64,000 nucleotides of DNA, taken from the NCBI GenBank assembly GCA_964409875.1, contig CAYPEN010000003.1, forward strand, positions 557-64,556. The letters run 5' to 3'. Shown here in pieces: positions 47,533-57,970 of the stretch (positions are counted from its first letter, which is position 1; the number at the start of each line of letters is the position of its first letter). The position numbers and the translations under genes are program-made. The notes below the pieces were generated by a model. That model had not been told where the DNA came from. It did not search any database and was given only the letters and a program-made list of their open reading frames with translations. The stretch is from an uncultured Gammaproteobacteria bacterium. Lineage in GTDB: Bacteria; Patescibacteriota; Microgenomatia; Levybacterales; GWA1-39-11.

Positions 47533-48402
47533 ATGAAGAAGAAAAAAATCTTGATATTTGGAGGTTCTGGATTGGTAGGCAAAAGTCTTTATATGCAATT
47601 TAAAGATAAATATGAAATACTTGCACCGACCCGTCAAGATTGCGATTTGCTAAGAAATACTTCAATTAATAAGTTTCTAAGTGGAAAGGAATTTGACGTA
47701 ATTATTTACGCCGCCGGAATCACAAATCAGGATATTTGTGAGAAACAGAAAAAATTGGCAATAAGAATTAATGCTTTAGCAACAGCTACAATAGCATCAA
47801 TTGCAGAAGCAAGGCAAATACCACTCGTTTATTTTTCAACAGACGCTGTTTTTTCTGGTAGCAGGGAGGAAATCAGAAAAGAACAAAGTAAGGTAAATCC
47901 TGTTAATTATTATGGATACACAAAGGCTGAAGGTGAGAAAGCTGTTCTGGCTTATCACAAGAATACGGTTATACGATTGATCTCTGTATACTCTAATAAC
48001 TTTGAGATTAAACTAGATTTTGCACGACGAATAGTAAAAGATTTGGATGAAAAAGGAATAACATTCGGAATTATAGACCAATATTTCAATCCAACCTACG
48101 TGACCAATATTTGTAACGGTTTGGCAAGGGTTGTAAACGATGGCATTTCCGGCGTTCTACATATAGCGTCTTCTGACTGCATATCAAACTATGAATTTAC
48201 TATGCTTGTTGCAAAAAGATATGGGTATGCTTCGGATTCGGTAAAGCCAATTAGGTTTTTGGATTTTACTACATCAAAAATTAGCAAAAGGGGCCAGTAC
48301 TGTTGTTTGGATGTTGAATATTCAAGGAAAATTCTAGGTAATGGTGTTTTTTCTTCCAACAAAGAAAATATTGATAGCTTTTACAATAATATTGCAAGAT
48401 AA
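47533..48402 (+). CDS. RmlD-like NDP-4-keto-sugar reductase
   Basis: GGSGLVG, STDAVF, YGYTK. Confidence 0.88.
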   Translation: MKKKKILIFGGSGLVGKSLYMQFKDKYEILAPTRQDCDLLRNTSINKFLSGKEFDVIIYAAGITNQDICEKQKKLAIRINALATATIASIAEARQIPLVYFSTDAVFSGSREEIRKEQSKVNPVNYYGYTKAEGEKAVLAYHKNTVIRLISVYSNNFEIKLDFARRIVKDLDEKGITFGIIDQYFNPTYVTNICNGLARVVNDGISGVLHIASSDCISNYEFTMLVAKRYGYASDSVKPIRFLDFTTSKISKRGQYCCLDVEYSRKILGNGVFSSNKENIDSFYNNIAR

Positions 48403-48406
48403 GAAG

Positions 48407-49321
48407 TTATATTTTTTGAGCAATAATTGTAAATTCGTCATGCAAGTTTAGGGTTAAGGGATATTCGTGGAAAAAATTGTGTTTTGTAATTCTTCTTAAA
48501 TATTTGATAAATGCCATTTTGGTTTCAACCCTGCTTAAAAAATAATCGATTGAATAAGTCCTTCCATATTTATAAATTTCCAGTACCTTAAAACCATTTT
48601 CTTCTAGAAGTTTTGAGAGGGTTTTTGGTGAAAAAAGTACTAAGTGCATTCTGATAAAATATGGATGACTTCCTCTAAGAATTTTAAACATCAGACTTTC
48701 AACGTCAGGGGTACCTATAGCAATAATTCCATTTGTCTTTAAAGATTTGCGTAAAGTAGAAATGGTTTCTTTCGGCCGGGATAAATGCTCAATTACATCC
48801 CACATGGTTATTGTATCGAACTTCTCGCTCGGCAATTTTGTTTTTTCTATAGCGCTACCGAGAATTTTGATGCCTTTCTTCTTAGCATAAAGCCTTGCCC
48901 AATTAGATGGCTCAATGCCATACACTTTCCAATGCCTCTTTTTTGCCAATTCCAGAAAGAATCCCGCAAAACAACCAACATCAAGAATTTCACCTTTCTT
49001 CATATATTTTTCTATGTGATTTAGATGGCTACTGGATAAAATTTTTCTGAATTTTTCTGTCTGTAAATATTCCTTGTCAACGACATCTTCATAAGCTTTC
49101 ATATACGTATTCAGTTTTTCAGCAGGATTAATGTAAATGAGTGAGCATTTTGAGCATTTCACGATTTGCCCATGTTTTGTATAGTCGCTAAGACTATTTT
49201 TACAATCGTTCGTTAATACCTCTTGAGAAAAATCACTTTTTTTAAGTGTTGATTTATAAAGCACCTTGTATTTTCTGTTTTTGCAGAGCGGACATGATAT
49301 TTTTACAAAAAAAGATTTCAT
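48407..49321 (-). CDS. Class I SAM-dependent methyltransferase
   Basis: CPLC/CSKC, LDVGC, WDVIEH, TPD. Confidence 0.88.
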   Translation of the reverse strand: MKSFFVKISCPLCKNRKYKVLYKSTLKKSDFSQEVLTNDCKNSLSDYTKHGQIVKCSKCSLIYINPAEKLNTYMKAYEDVVDKEYLQTEKFRKILSSSHLNHIEKYMKKGEILDVGCFAGFFLELAKKRHWKVYGIEPSNWARLYAKKKGIKILGSAIEKTKLPSEKFDTITMWDVIEHLSRPKETISTLRKSLKTNGIIAIGTPDVESLMFKILRGSHPYFIRMHLVLFSPKTLSKLLEENGFKVLEIYKYGRTYSIDYFLSRVETKMAFIKYLRRITKHNFFHEYPLTLNLHDEFTIIAQKI

Positions 49322-49394
49322 AATTCGAATATTCTACCATAGAAATATTAAATGGTTGCTGAAAAAGCTATCCGATTTTGTTAAGATTACCGGT

Positions 49395-50906
49395 GTGAAG
49401 AATTTCCGTTTAACAGTTAGAGATTATCAAATTAGTATCCTCTTTTTTCTAATTGGTGTCCTTACTCGATTGCCGCTAATCGAGAAAATGCAATCGCATT
49501 GGGATGCCTCTCTTTTTAGCATTGCTGTTTTACGGTATTCAATAGAAAAAAATACTCCTCCGATTCCTGGACATCCTCTCTATATTGCATTTGGACGCCT
49601 TTTCTATTATTTTATAGCTGATCCACACGTTGCAATACTTCTAGTAAGTGTTCTTTTTTCAGGACTTAGTGCAGGTGCAATTTATGTTGCTGGAAAAACT
49701 ATTTTTAACAGGACAACAGGAGTGATTGCCGCACTTATATTTTTATCGGGTTCAACTTTTTACTATTTCGGCATAACACCATATTCATTTATTTTGCTTC
49801 CTTTTTCTTGGTCAATGATTATAGCCTCTATTTATTTGTTGGCTTTTAAGAAAAGAAAGACCACTATTTTGATTGCTTTTTTCTATGCTTTTGGTATTGG
49901 TGTTCGACCGCAAGATGCACTGTTTTTGACTCCGATTGTTTTATACTCATTTTTTATTATGTCAAAAATGGAGAAGTTAAAATTTATTGCATCATTTGTT
50001 GTTACATTCCTTGCTTGGTTCGTCCCCTTATCTATTATTGAAGGCGGCGGGCTACATTATGTTCGGCTGATACTTTCTCATCCACCACGATACCCAATTG
50101 GTTTTCATCAGCAAGATTTAGAATTAATGATTAAGGATTACTTTTTGAGTTTTGGTATAGCGGGAATATTTCTTATTTATTACTTTAGATTTTTCAGAAG
50201 AAAGCTCACTAAAAAACAAAAGAAGATTTTATTGTTTTATTCCATTTGGATTTTGCCCAACTTTATTTTTAACCTGATAGTAATAAGTGTCCATGCGGGT
50301 TATCAAATGGATTACCTCATTGCCTTTTTGTTTCTATTATCTTTTGCTATTTTTAAATTAATTGGTGAAAAAAAAGTCTTACTTTGGTCAGTAGTCTCCC
50401 TCATAGTTATAACAAACCTTTTTTTATTTTTTTGGGACAGAGATCCAAAGTTCCAAAAAGTATATCGACCCTCCTCATTCCACTATTCAGATATTAGAAA
50501 AAATGACATCAAATTAGGAGGAAAGGTAGAATATATTAAAAAAAATTACAATCCTTCCGATACGTTAATTATTACAACTTCGACGTTATGGAGTCCCTAT
50601 ATGTACCATTTAAAAGAATACCATCAATATTCAATAGAGGCTTTGTTTGTTACTAACCCTAAATTTATCAATCAACGAAGAGATTCATATAGGTGGAATG
50701 TTAATGAATACAACCGTAAAGAGAAATACTTTATAGTACCAAGCGGAATACGTCATTTGATTTTAGTCGATGATGAATTTGTAATTGACTTACACAATCT
50801 TCTTGGTCAAAAACGGTACTTGCTGGGAAATAGCTACATTATAGATATTCCTGTTGCTGGCGGTGAAAAAATTAATTACGGGTACCATTTATTGGAAAGA
50901 GAGTAA
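49395..50906 (+). CDS. GT-C-like integral membrane protein
   Basis: WDAS..PPIPGHPLY, multi-TM; GTG start 7 nt after TGTTAAGAT. Confidence 0.75.
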   Translation: MKNFRLTVRDYQISILFFLIGVLTRLPLIEKMQSHWDASLFSIAVLRYSIEKNTPPIPGHPLYIAFGRLFYYFIADPHVAILLVSVLFSGLSAGAIYVAGKTIFNRTTGVIAALIFLSGSTFYYFGITPYSFILLPFSWSMIIASIYLLAFKKRKTTILIAFFYAFGIGVRPQDALFLTPIVLYSFFIMSKMEKLKFIASFVVTFLAWFVPLSIIEGGGLHYVRLILSHPPRYPIGFHQQDLELMIKDYFLSFGIAGIFLIYYFRFFRRKLTKKQKKILLFYSIWILPNFIFNLIVISVHAGYQMDYLIAFLFLLSFAIFKLIGEKKVLLWSVVSLIVITNLFLFFWDRDPKFQKVYRPSSFHYSDIRKNDIKLGGKVEYIKKNYNPSDTLIITTSTLWSPYMYHLKEYHQYSIEALFVTNPKFINQRRDSYRWNVNEYNRKEKYFIVPSGIRHLILVDDEFVIDLHNLLGQKRYLLGNSYIIDIPVAGGEKINYGYHLLERE

Positions 50907-50963
50907 TTAATATTAATTTGCATTTCCTGTAAAGACTAGTTTATAATTTCGACACTTCACAAT

Positions 50964-52238
50964 ATGCCCCAAAAAAGGACAAAACCAACAGCGACTGCAG
51001 TTATTGGAATTGGAAGAGTTGGTCTTCCTTTGGCGTTAGTTTTGGCCGATGAAAATCATGTCGTTTATGGGATTGGTAGAGATAAAGAAAAAATTGATAA
51101 AATCAATAAAGGGCAAATGCCTTTTTTAGAAAAGAATGCAAGGCCGCTTCTTAAAAAATATATTGGGAAAAAATTCTTTGCGACCACAGATTACTCTTTC
51201 ATAAAAAAAAGCGACTATATCCTTTTAACATTGGGTACACCTGTAGATGAGAACATGAACCCTGTGTACTCACAAATAAACGAATCATTAACTCTTGCCT
51301 TTCCTTTTTTTAAGGTTGGCCAAACATTAATATTGAGGAGTACTGTTTCTCCCCGGACAACAAAATATGTTAAATCCCTTATTGAAGAAAAAACAAAATT
51401 TAGAGTAGGAAAAGATTTTTTTCTTGCTTTTTGTCCTGAAAGGATATCAGAAGGAAATTCAATCGACGAAATGAAGTCTATTCCTCAAATTATCGGAGCA
51501 GGAGATAATAAGAGTTTAAAAAAAGCTACCGAATTTTTTAAAAAAATAGGCGTCGCAACAATTCCAACAGATACAGTGTCTGCTGAGTTGGCAAAATTAT
51601 TCACTAATATGTATCGTTATATAAATTTTGCTATTGCCAACGAATTCATGGTTCTTGCCCACAACTACCATAGGGACATATATGAAATTGTCAATTTGGT
51701 GAACTACAAATATAAAAGAGGCGGACTCAGTGTCCCTGGGCTTACTGCGGGTCCATGTCTATTCAAAGACGGTTTTTTTCTTATTTCAGATTTACCATAT
51801 GCAGATTTAATTTCAACGAGCTGGAAAATAAACGAGTCAATGCCAATGTTCCTTATTCGTTTAGTGCGGGAAAGAATGAAACTCGAAAATAAAAAAGCAG
51901 TTATTTTAGGACTTTCCTTTAAAGCTGAAATTGATGATATTCGTGAGTCATTAAGCTTTAAGGCAAGGAATGCTCTCTTGCGTGAAAGAGCAGAAGTGGT
52001 GTTGCACGATCCATATGTAAAAAAATACCATAATCAGGAAATAGAAAAGGATGTATATAAGGCTGTTGAAGGAGCAGATCTTATTTTCATTGCTACAAAC
52101 CACAATGCTTATAAGAAAGTCAATATTAAGAAAATAAAAAGTTTGGTAAAGAAAAATTGCATAGTATGCGATGTGTGGAACGTATGGGGTACTGACAAAA
52201 TTATTTACAGAATAAATAATGTAAACGAAGAGATTTAA
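50964..52238 (+). CDS. Nucleotide-sugar dehydrogenase (UDP-glucose/GDP-mannose DH family)
   Basis: GIGRVG, RSTV, CPER, AELAKL, GPCL.KD. Confidence 0.92.
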   Translation: MPQKRTKPTATAVIGIGRVGLPLALVLADENHVVYGIGRDKEKIDKINKGQMPFLEKNARPLLKKYIGKKFFATTDYSFIKKSDYILLTLGTPVDENMNPVYSQINESLTLAFPFFKVGQTLILRSTVSPRTTKYVKSLIEEKTKFRVGKDFFLAFCPERISEGNSIDEMKSIPQIIGAGDNKSLKKATEFFKKIGVATIPTDTVSAELAKLFTNMYRYINFAIANEFMVLAHNYHRDIYEIVNLVNYKYKRGGLSVPGLTAGPCLFKDGFFLISDLPYADLISTSWKINESMPMFLIRLVRERMKLENKKAVILGLSFKAEIDDIRESLSFKARNALLRERAEVVLHDPYVKKYHNQEIEKDVYKAVEGADLIFIATNHNAYKKVNIKKIKSLVKKNCIVCDVWNVWGTDKIIYRINNVNEEI

Positions 52239-52239
52239 T

Positions 52240-52959
52240 CTAAAGCCTCTGCATATTTAATCCAACTTTTATAATTGTCCACAGAAATTTAAAACCGTCA
52301 TTAATCGGCATTAGCTTTGAGCTGCCATGTGCCCGCTTTCTATAAATTATTGGGACATTTATAATTTTATAATTTTTTTGCGCAGCTTTTATTATTACCT
52401 CAGCTTCGTACCCATAATGATCCTCCTTCATATTGATATCTTTTAATACCTTGGTCTTAAAAGCCTTAAACCCTGCAAGCATATCGGTGACTCTTTGTCC
52501 TGCAGCAATTGAAGTGGCAAGGGATAAGAAATGAATTCCAAATTCTCGAAGGGGGGTTACAGAATCTTTATACACTTTTGCCCCTTTCTCGTAGCGGGTA
52601 GCTAAAGCAACGTCATAACCGTTTTGAAGTGCATCTATAAATTTTGGGATATCAGATGGCATAAATTGGTAGTCCGCATCAATTTGTACCGTATAATCTC
52701 CCTTTATATGTTTAATTGCTTTTCTTAAAGCTGCTCCTTTGCCTTTCCATTTTCCTGTCTGTATAACTGTTGCCCCTGCTTTTTCTGCAATTTCCGCTGT
52801 TTTGTCGGTAGTTTTATCATCAAGAACAACTAAAACTTGTAAATTATATTGTTTTAATTTAAAGCATTCGCTTAAAGTTCTGCCAATATTTTTCTCCTCG
52901 TTCAGCGCCGCCATTGTTATAGTTACTTTAGGTTTAGTTGTTTTTTGAGTTCCTTTCAT
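52240..52959 (-). CDS. DPM1-like GT2
   Basis: ALNEE, GKGAA, DADYQ, ATR. Confidence 0.88.
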   Translation of the reverse strand: MKGTQKTTKPKVTITMAALNEEKNIGRTLSECFKLKQYNLQVLVVLDDKTTDKTAEIAEKAGATVIQTGKWKGKGAALRKAIKHIKGDYTVQIDADYQFMPSDIPKFIDALQNGYDVALATRYEKGAKVYKDSVTPLREFGIHFLSLATSIAAGQRVTDMLAGFKAFKTKVLKDINMKEDHYGYEAEVIIKAAQKNYKIINVPIIYRKRAHGSSKLMPINDGFKFLWTIIKVGLNMQRL

Positions 52960-53071
52960 GTACTTATCTAAATTCTATATAGAATAATGCGTTGATTATA
53001 TCAGAATATTTTTGTATCTCAAACATTAGAAATGTCTGATAAAATAATACATCGAACCTAAGTAAAAAAAG

Positions 53072-53521
53072 GTGAAAATTCTTTCTTCAAAAAAAAATAT
53101 ATATATTTTTGCTATTGTTCTTCTATCATGTGAGCTTTTTTTATCAATAATCCGGCTGACCTATTATATTTACAAAGGAATAACAATTGACGAAAAGTGG
53201 AATAATTTGACATTGGAACAAAAAAGAATGAAATACTATGGTGATGAGTATATTTTTTTTGAAAAGACTCGAGACATCAATACCAACACGTTTTATCTTC
53301 TATCAAAAGATGGGAAAGCATATTTTCTAGGAAGATATCTTCTTTATCCCAAAAAAATATTTCTTATTACTGATGCAGATGTAGTTAAAAGCAATCAATA
53401 CCTTTTAAATTTTAAAAATGCACAAAATGTCGAATTGTTACTCGGCAAAAAATTCATTTTGCAAGACATAATAGAAAATGACGCAGGCTTAACAATTGGA
53501 GAAGTCTTAATAAAAAAATGA
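53072..53521 (+). CDS. Single-TM hypothetical protein
   Basis: N-terminal TM, RYLLYP motif; ATGA-coupled to the next gene. Confidence 0.6.
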   Translation: MKILSSKKNIYIFAIVLLSCELFLSIIRLTYYIYKGITIDEKWNNLTLEQKRMKYYGDEYIFFEKTRDINTNTFYLLSKDGKAYFLGRYLLYPKKIFLITDADVVKSNQYLLNFKNAQNVELLLGKKFILQDIIENDAGLTIGEVLIKK

Positions 53522-54804
53522 GTTATCTACATGTAATTTTTGCCATTTCAATAATTATTCTTTTCGGGTTTGGAATCGGTGAGATATTTTCTCTATATGG
53601 AAAAAAATCTTCGTTTGAGAAAGTTGCCTTATCATTAGGAGTGGGTGGAGGATTTGTTACGCTTGAAATGTTTCTTTATTCGCTTCTTGGTATACCCTGG
53701 AGTTTAATTCATTTAATTCTTCCAATAATATTGGTAGGAATTGGACTGATTTTCAAAGTTCGCAAAAAAGGATTTAATCTAAAATTCAGGAAATATAATA
53801 ATGTTCAAAAAATACTAATACTATTGCTTGTAATAACATGTTGCTACGTACTATGGGAAGCGTCTCTTCGTCCACTTCCTTCATGGGATGGGTGGTCGGC
53901 TTTCTATTTACAAGGAAAAGCATTTTATGTCGATGGTTTTCTAAACCCTCAAGTTGCACGATATAGCGGGGTTACCAATCCGCCTTTTGTAGCACTTCTT
54001 ATCGCGTTTATGTATAAATTTTTAGGGGTAGCGGATGATAAATCTACACTAATTTTTTTCAGCTCTTTCTATGTAGCTTTAGGAGTAATTTATTACAAGA
54101 ATATACATAGATACTTAAGTACAACATTATCGCTTCTTTTTACATTTTTATTGATGTCTACCCCGAATCTTATGAGGCATGCGGGGAATGTAGATATAGG
54201 CCATGCGGATTTAATCGTTGGATATTTTTTCCTGGCTTCAACAATAAGTATTGTTGAATTTTCAAGAAGTACAAAATTCAAGACTCTTATTCTATGTCAA
54301 TTGTTACTCGCTTTTGGCGCGTTTGTAAAGGATGAAGGTTTTGTTTTTTTCTTGATTGGACAAGGGATTTTGCTGTTCCTGACACTAAGAGCGCGTAAAT
54401 TTAGTGAGATTAAAGGTTTAATATCTGGTTTTTTTATCATAGGAATATGGATAGGGTACAAATATGTCTTTAAGATTCCGCAAAACCCTTTTTATAATCA
54501 TACTCCCAATTTATTTAGGTTTTTAGATATAATAAAAACTACAGCTTTTGAATACGTAAATTTTACAAGATGGAGTTTATTATGGCCAATGACATTTGTT
54601 TTATATTTTGTTCATAAAATGAATAACGAGGTCAAAACGGTTCTTATTATATTTGGCCTTCAACTTGGTGTGTATATAGGTATATATTTTACTACTCCTC
54701 AAAATCCAGTAGAACATATATATAGTTCGTTTGATAGATTATTATTGCATTTATTACCACTTTTTCTATATGGAGCAGCTATAAACATGCAAAAAACAAA
54801 ATGA
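53518..54804 (+). CDS. GT-C-like integral membrane protein
   Basis: WDGW, HAD, KDEG, DRLLLH. Confidence 0.75.
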   Translation: MSYLHVIFAISIIILFGFGIGEIFSLYGKKSSFEKVALSLGVGGGFVTLEMFLYSLLGIPWSLIHLILPIILVGIGLIFKVRKKGFNLKFRKYNNVQKILILLLVITCCYVLWEASLRPLPSWDGWSAFYLQGKAFYVDGFLNPQVARYSGVTNPPFVALLIAFMYKFLGVADDKSTLIFFSSFYVALGVIYYKNIHRYLSTTLSLLFTFLLMSTPNLMRHAGNVDIGHADLIVGYFFLASTISIVEFSRSTKFKTLILCQLLLAFGAFVKDEGFVFFLIGQGILLFLTLRARKFSEIKGLISGFFIIGIWIGYKYVFKIPQNPFYNHTPNLFRFLDIIKTTAFEYVNFTRWSLLWPMTFVLYFVHKMNNEVKTVLIIFGLQLGVYIGIYFTTPQNPVEHIYSSFDRLLLHLLPLFLYGAAINMQKTK

Positions 54805-54811
54805 ATTATTT

Positions 54812-55522
54812 ATGAAATATAAGGGAGTAAAAACATTAGAAGTGCTTGAAGGAGCTGATAATTACAATAACTGGATAGCGAGCTCACTCAAAAAATACAT
54901 TAAGTCCCCCGCCTTAGAAATAGGCGCGGGAACCGGCAATATTTCCTCGTGCTTTATAAATTTGAAAGAACTGGTCTTAACCGATGTTGATCCTGATTTG
55001 GTCGATTTTTTATCCCGAAAATTTAAGCAAAATGAAAATATTCATACTGAAGTGCTTGATATCTCAAAGCAATTGGGAGTTATAAAAAACAAGTTCAAAA
55101 CTATTTATTCTGTTAACGTATTAGAACACATTAAAGACGATAGAAAGGCTCTTCGTAATATACATAGTTTATTGCAAGAAGATGGAAGAGTAATTCTGTT
55201 AGTGCCTGCTAAAAAAAGGGCATATACAAAGCTTGATGCGAATTTAGGACATGTAAAACGGTATGAGAAAAATGAGTTGAGAAGGTTACTTGAAGAGTGT
55301 AATTTCAAGGTAGAACACCTTGAATATTTTAATTCTTTAGGTCTTCTAAGCTGGATAGTTAGAAGCAAGCTTACAAGGAATAACTCTCATTTAAAAAAAT
55401 CACATGTGAAAATGTTTGACATTCTTGTGCCTATCTTAAGAAGAATTGAACCGAGCAGAGGGCTACCAGTAGGAATATCATTAATAGCCGTTGGAAAAAG
55501 GCAACGTAACCAATTTTCATAA
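54812..55522 (+). CDS. Class I SAM-dependent methyltransferase
   Basis: EIGAGTG, NVLEH, LVPA, GH.KRY. Confidence 0.9.
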   Translation: MKYKGVKTLEVLEGADNYNNWIASSLKKYIKSPALEIGAGTGNISSCFINLKELVLTDVDPDLVDFLSRKFKQNENIHTEVLDISKQLGVIKNKFKTIYSVNVLEHIKDDRKALRNIHSLLQEDGRVILLVPAKKRAYTKLDANLGHVKRYEKNELRRLLEECNFKVEHLEYFNSLGLLSWIVRSKLTRNNSHLKKSHVKMFDILVPILRRIEPSRGLPVGISLIAVGKRQRNQFS

Positions 55523-55536
55523 GTGGAAAATTAAAT

Positions 55537-56283
55537 ATGAAAAGTACTCTAAGTATTGTTGTTCTTACTCATAACGATGAGAGTAGAATAGTGGATTGTC
55601 TTGAGTGCTTAAGATTTGCAGATGAATTAATAATCGTTGATGATAAGTCACAGGATAGAACAGTTGAGCTTGCAAAGCAATTTACCAGTAAGGTTTTTGT
55701 GAGAGAACTCAACAAGAATTTTTCAAATCAGAGAAATTTTGCGCTTAACAATGTGCACTCTCAGTGGGTATTGTTCATAGACTCCGATGAGTTAGTCTCA
55801 AATGCTTTAAGAGATGAGATTCTTACAGCTATTGGGAAAAAAGATGTTTCCGGATTCAATATAAAGCGGTTTGACTATGTATGGGGTAAAAAAATGACTC
55901 ATGGTGAGTTAAGCCAAGTAAAACTTTTACGATTAGCCAGAAAGGATGACGGAAAATGGCATGGGAAAGTGCATGAAACATGGAGGATAATAGGAAAAGT
56001 GGAGGAGCTTTCGCAGCCGTTACTTCATGTTCCACATCAAAATATCAGACAATTTGTAAGTGATATTGATGAATATTCAACCCTTAGAGCCGAGGAATTA
56101 AGAGAAAAAAAATCTTCAGTGTCATTTTTAGATATCCTATGCTATCCAATGGCAAAATTTATTCAGAATTACGTGATAAGGCAAGGCTATAAAGATGGAA
56201 TTCCAGGAATACTATATGCCTTGATGATGAGCTTCCATTCATTTTTGGTGCGGGCAAAATTATATCAATTACATAATGAGTAG
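55537..56283 (+). CDS. GT2 (WaaE/KdtX-like)
   Basis: QRNFAL, FIDSDE, VHE, GYKDG. Confidence 0.9.
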   Translation: MKSTLSIVVLTHNDESRIVDCLECLRFADELIIVDDKSQDRTVELAKQFTSKVFVRELNKNFSNQRNFALNNVHSQWVLFIDSDELVSNALRDEILTAIGKKDVSGFNIKRFDYVWGKKMTHGELSQVKLLRLARKDDGKWHGKVHETWRIIGKVEELSQPLLHVPHQNIRQFVSDIDEYSTLRAEELREKKSSVSFLDILCYPMAKFIQNYVIRQGYKDGIPGILYALMMSFHSFLVRAKLYQLHNE

Positions 56284-57844
56284 ATATCCTTCGAAGCGTG
56301 TTACCAATAATCCTTTGATAGCATCTTTTGAAAACAAATGGCGAATTGCTTTACTAATTTTTCTATTTGCCTTCTCCATCCGATTGGCAACAATTGATAA
56401 AATTGGAAAGACTTGGGATGAGGGTGCATATGTTGAAATAGGAAATAGATATGTTGAGCTAGCATTAAAACATGATTTTTCTAACGCATATTGGTACTTG
56501 CAGTCAGATCATCCACCTCTAGCAAGATATATATATGGATTGGCAAGCACGTTAGATAGTAAAATTATTGAAGGAAAAGTTATATTTAATAATTCATATA
56601 CCGCTTCACGGATAGTAGCATCGTTCATGGGCTCATTGACCGTGCTGTTTATTGTTTTTATCGGATATAAATACTTTTCTTCATTTGTTGCAATTTCCTC
56701 AGGTTTAATATTTGCTCTTATTCCTTTTTTTATCGGATTGTCGCAATTAGGCACACTGGAAAGTCCGATTATGCTCTTTTTCACTGCGACTGTATTCTTC
56801 TTCTTGGAATTCCAATCAAAACCTACTAATAAAAATCTCATTTTTACGGGTTTACTACTTGGATGTTCGCTATTGGTAAAGCAGTCGAATGTAATTATCA
56901 TTCCTCTGCTTGTTTTAATAGGCATCATTCGAAATACTACGGATAAAAAAATAAAGCTTAATAACTTCCTTTCAGATGCAAAAAGTATCTTGATTATTTC
57001 ACTGATAGCATTTCTTACCTGTTTTGTATTATGGCCAATGCCCTTTTTCCATTTGAGTGAGCTTTTCTATGTACAAAATAAAATGTGGGTACATGCGGTG
57101 AAACTACCACCACCGGAGGTTTATTTTGGAGTCTTACGATTAGTGCCAAAACAATATTACCTGGTTATGTTTTTTATCACCACGCCTTTTTTACTGTTGT
57201 TTCTGGGAGTTCTTGGAGGAATAAAAGTATTACTAAATAGAAAATTTGTAATGATTGTTATTTTGATATGGTTTTTGTTCCCATTTTTGCAAATGTTTTA
57301 TTCGTTCAAACAGCATGGTGTGAGATACATAATTGAAATTTATGCACCTTTCGCACTTCTATGTGGCATTGGACTTGAATTTATTAGCGAGAAACTATCA
57401 GGTGTCAAATATATAAAAGCTATTACTCTTAGTTTTGTTGTGTTTTATCTCTTTTTAATTTTAGGAAAAATAACGCCCTATTATCTCGATTACTTCAATG
57501 AGTTTGTGGGGGGGAACAATTATGTATATCAACATAAATTATTTCAGATGGGGTGGTGGGGACAAGGGATAGAGGAAGCTGCAAAGTATATTTCCAGAAA
57601 CGAAAAGAAAATAGTTACTGTTGCTGTGGATGGGCCGCAACCGGCATCGGTAATGCCCCGACTTTGGAATATAAAGACGGTTTATTATAATAGGAACTCT
57701 ACCTTTGATTATGTTATTGTCCCATACTTTAATGTTGTAAGGCTTGGTTTTCCTGAAAAGGAATTGACTGCACATTATAGAAAAATTCATTCCGTAATGA
57801 TTGATAGAGCAGAGTTAGTTAAAATCTATAAACACATTCAATAG
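56276..57844 (+). CDS. ArnT/PMT-like GT-C glycosyltransferase
   Basis: TWDE, DHPPL, RY, YFNE, WWGQG. Confidence 0.82.
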   Translation: MSRYPSKRVTNNPLIASFENKWRIALLIFLFAFSIRLATIDKIGKTWDEGAYVEIGNRYVELALKHDFSNAYWYLQSDHPPLARYIYGLASTLDSKIIEGKVIFNNSYTASRIVASFMGSLTVLFIVFIGYKYFSSFVAISSGLIFALIPFFIGLSQLGTLESPIMLFFTATVFFFLEFQSKPTNKNLIFTGLLLGCSLLVKQSNVIIIPLLVLIGIIRNTTDKKIKLNNFLSDAKSILIISLIAFLTCFVLWPMPFFHLSELFYVQNKMWVHAVKLPPPEVYFGVLRLVPKQYYLVMFFITTPFLLLFLGVLGGIKVLLNRKFVMIVILIWFLFPFLQMFYSFKQHGVRYIIEIYAPFALLCGIGLEFISEKLSGVKYIKAITLSFVVFYLFLILGKITPYYLDYFNEFVGGNNYVYQHKLFQMGWWGQGIEEAAKYISRNEKKIVTVAVDGPQPASVMPRLWNIKTVYYNRNSTFDYVIVPYFNVVRLGFPEKELTAHYRKIHSVMIDRAELVKIYKHIQ

Positions 57845-57871
57845 ATTTTAGATTATGAATGGAGCTATGTT

Positions 57872-57970
57872 ATGCGTTTAACTAAAAATGATATCGTTTT
57901 TTTAATTTGGGCTTTACTAATACTTGGAATATACTTCTATCATCTTATTTGCAAAACCGGAAGATGTTAA
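57872..57970 (+). CDS. 32-aa single-TM peptide (not in ORF track)
   Basis: MRLTKNDIVFLIWALLILGIYFYHLICKTGRC*; overlaps the next ATG (57964). Confidence 0.45.
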   Translation: MRLTKNDIVFLIWALLILGIYFYHLICKTGRC

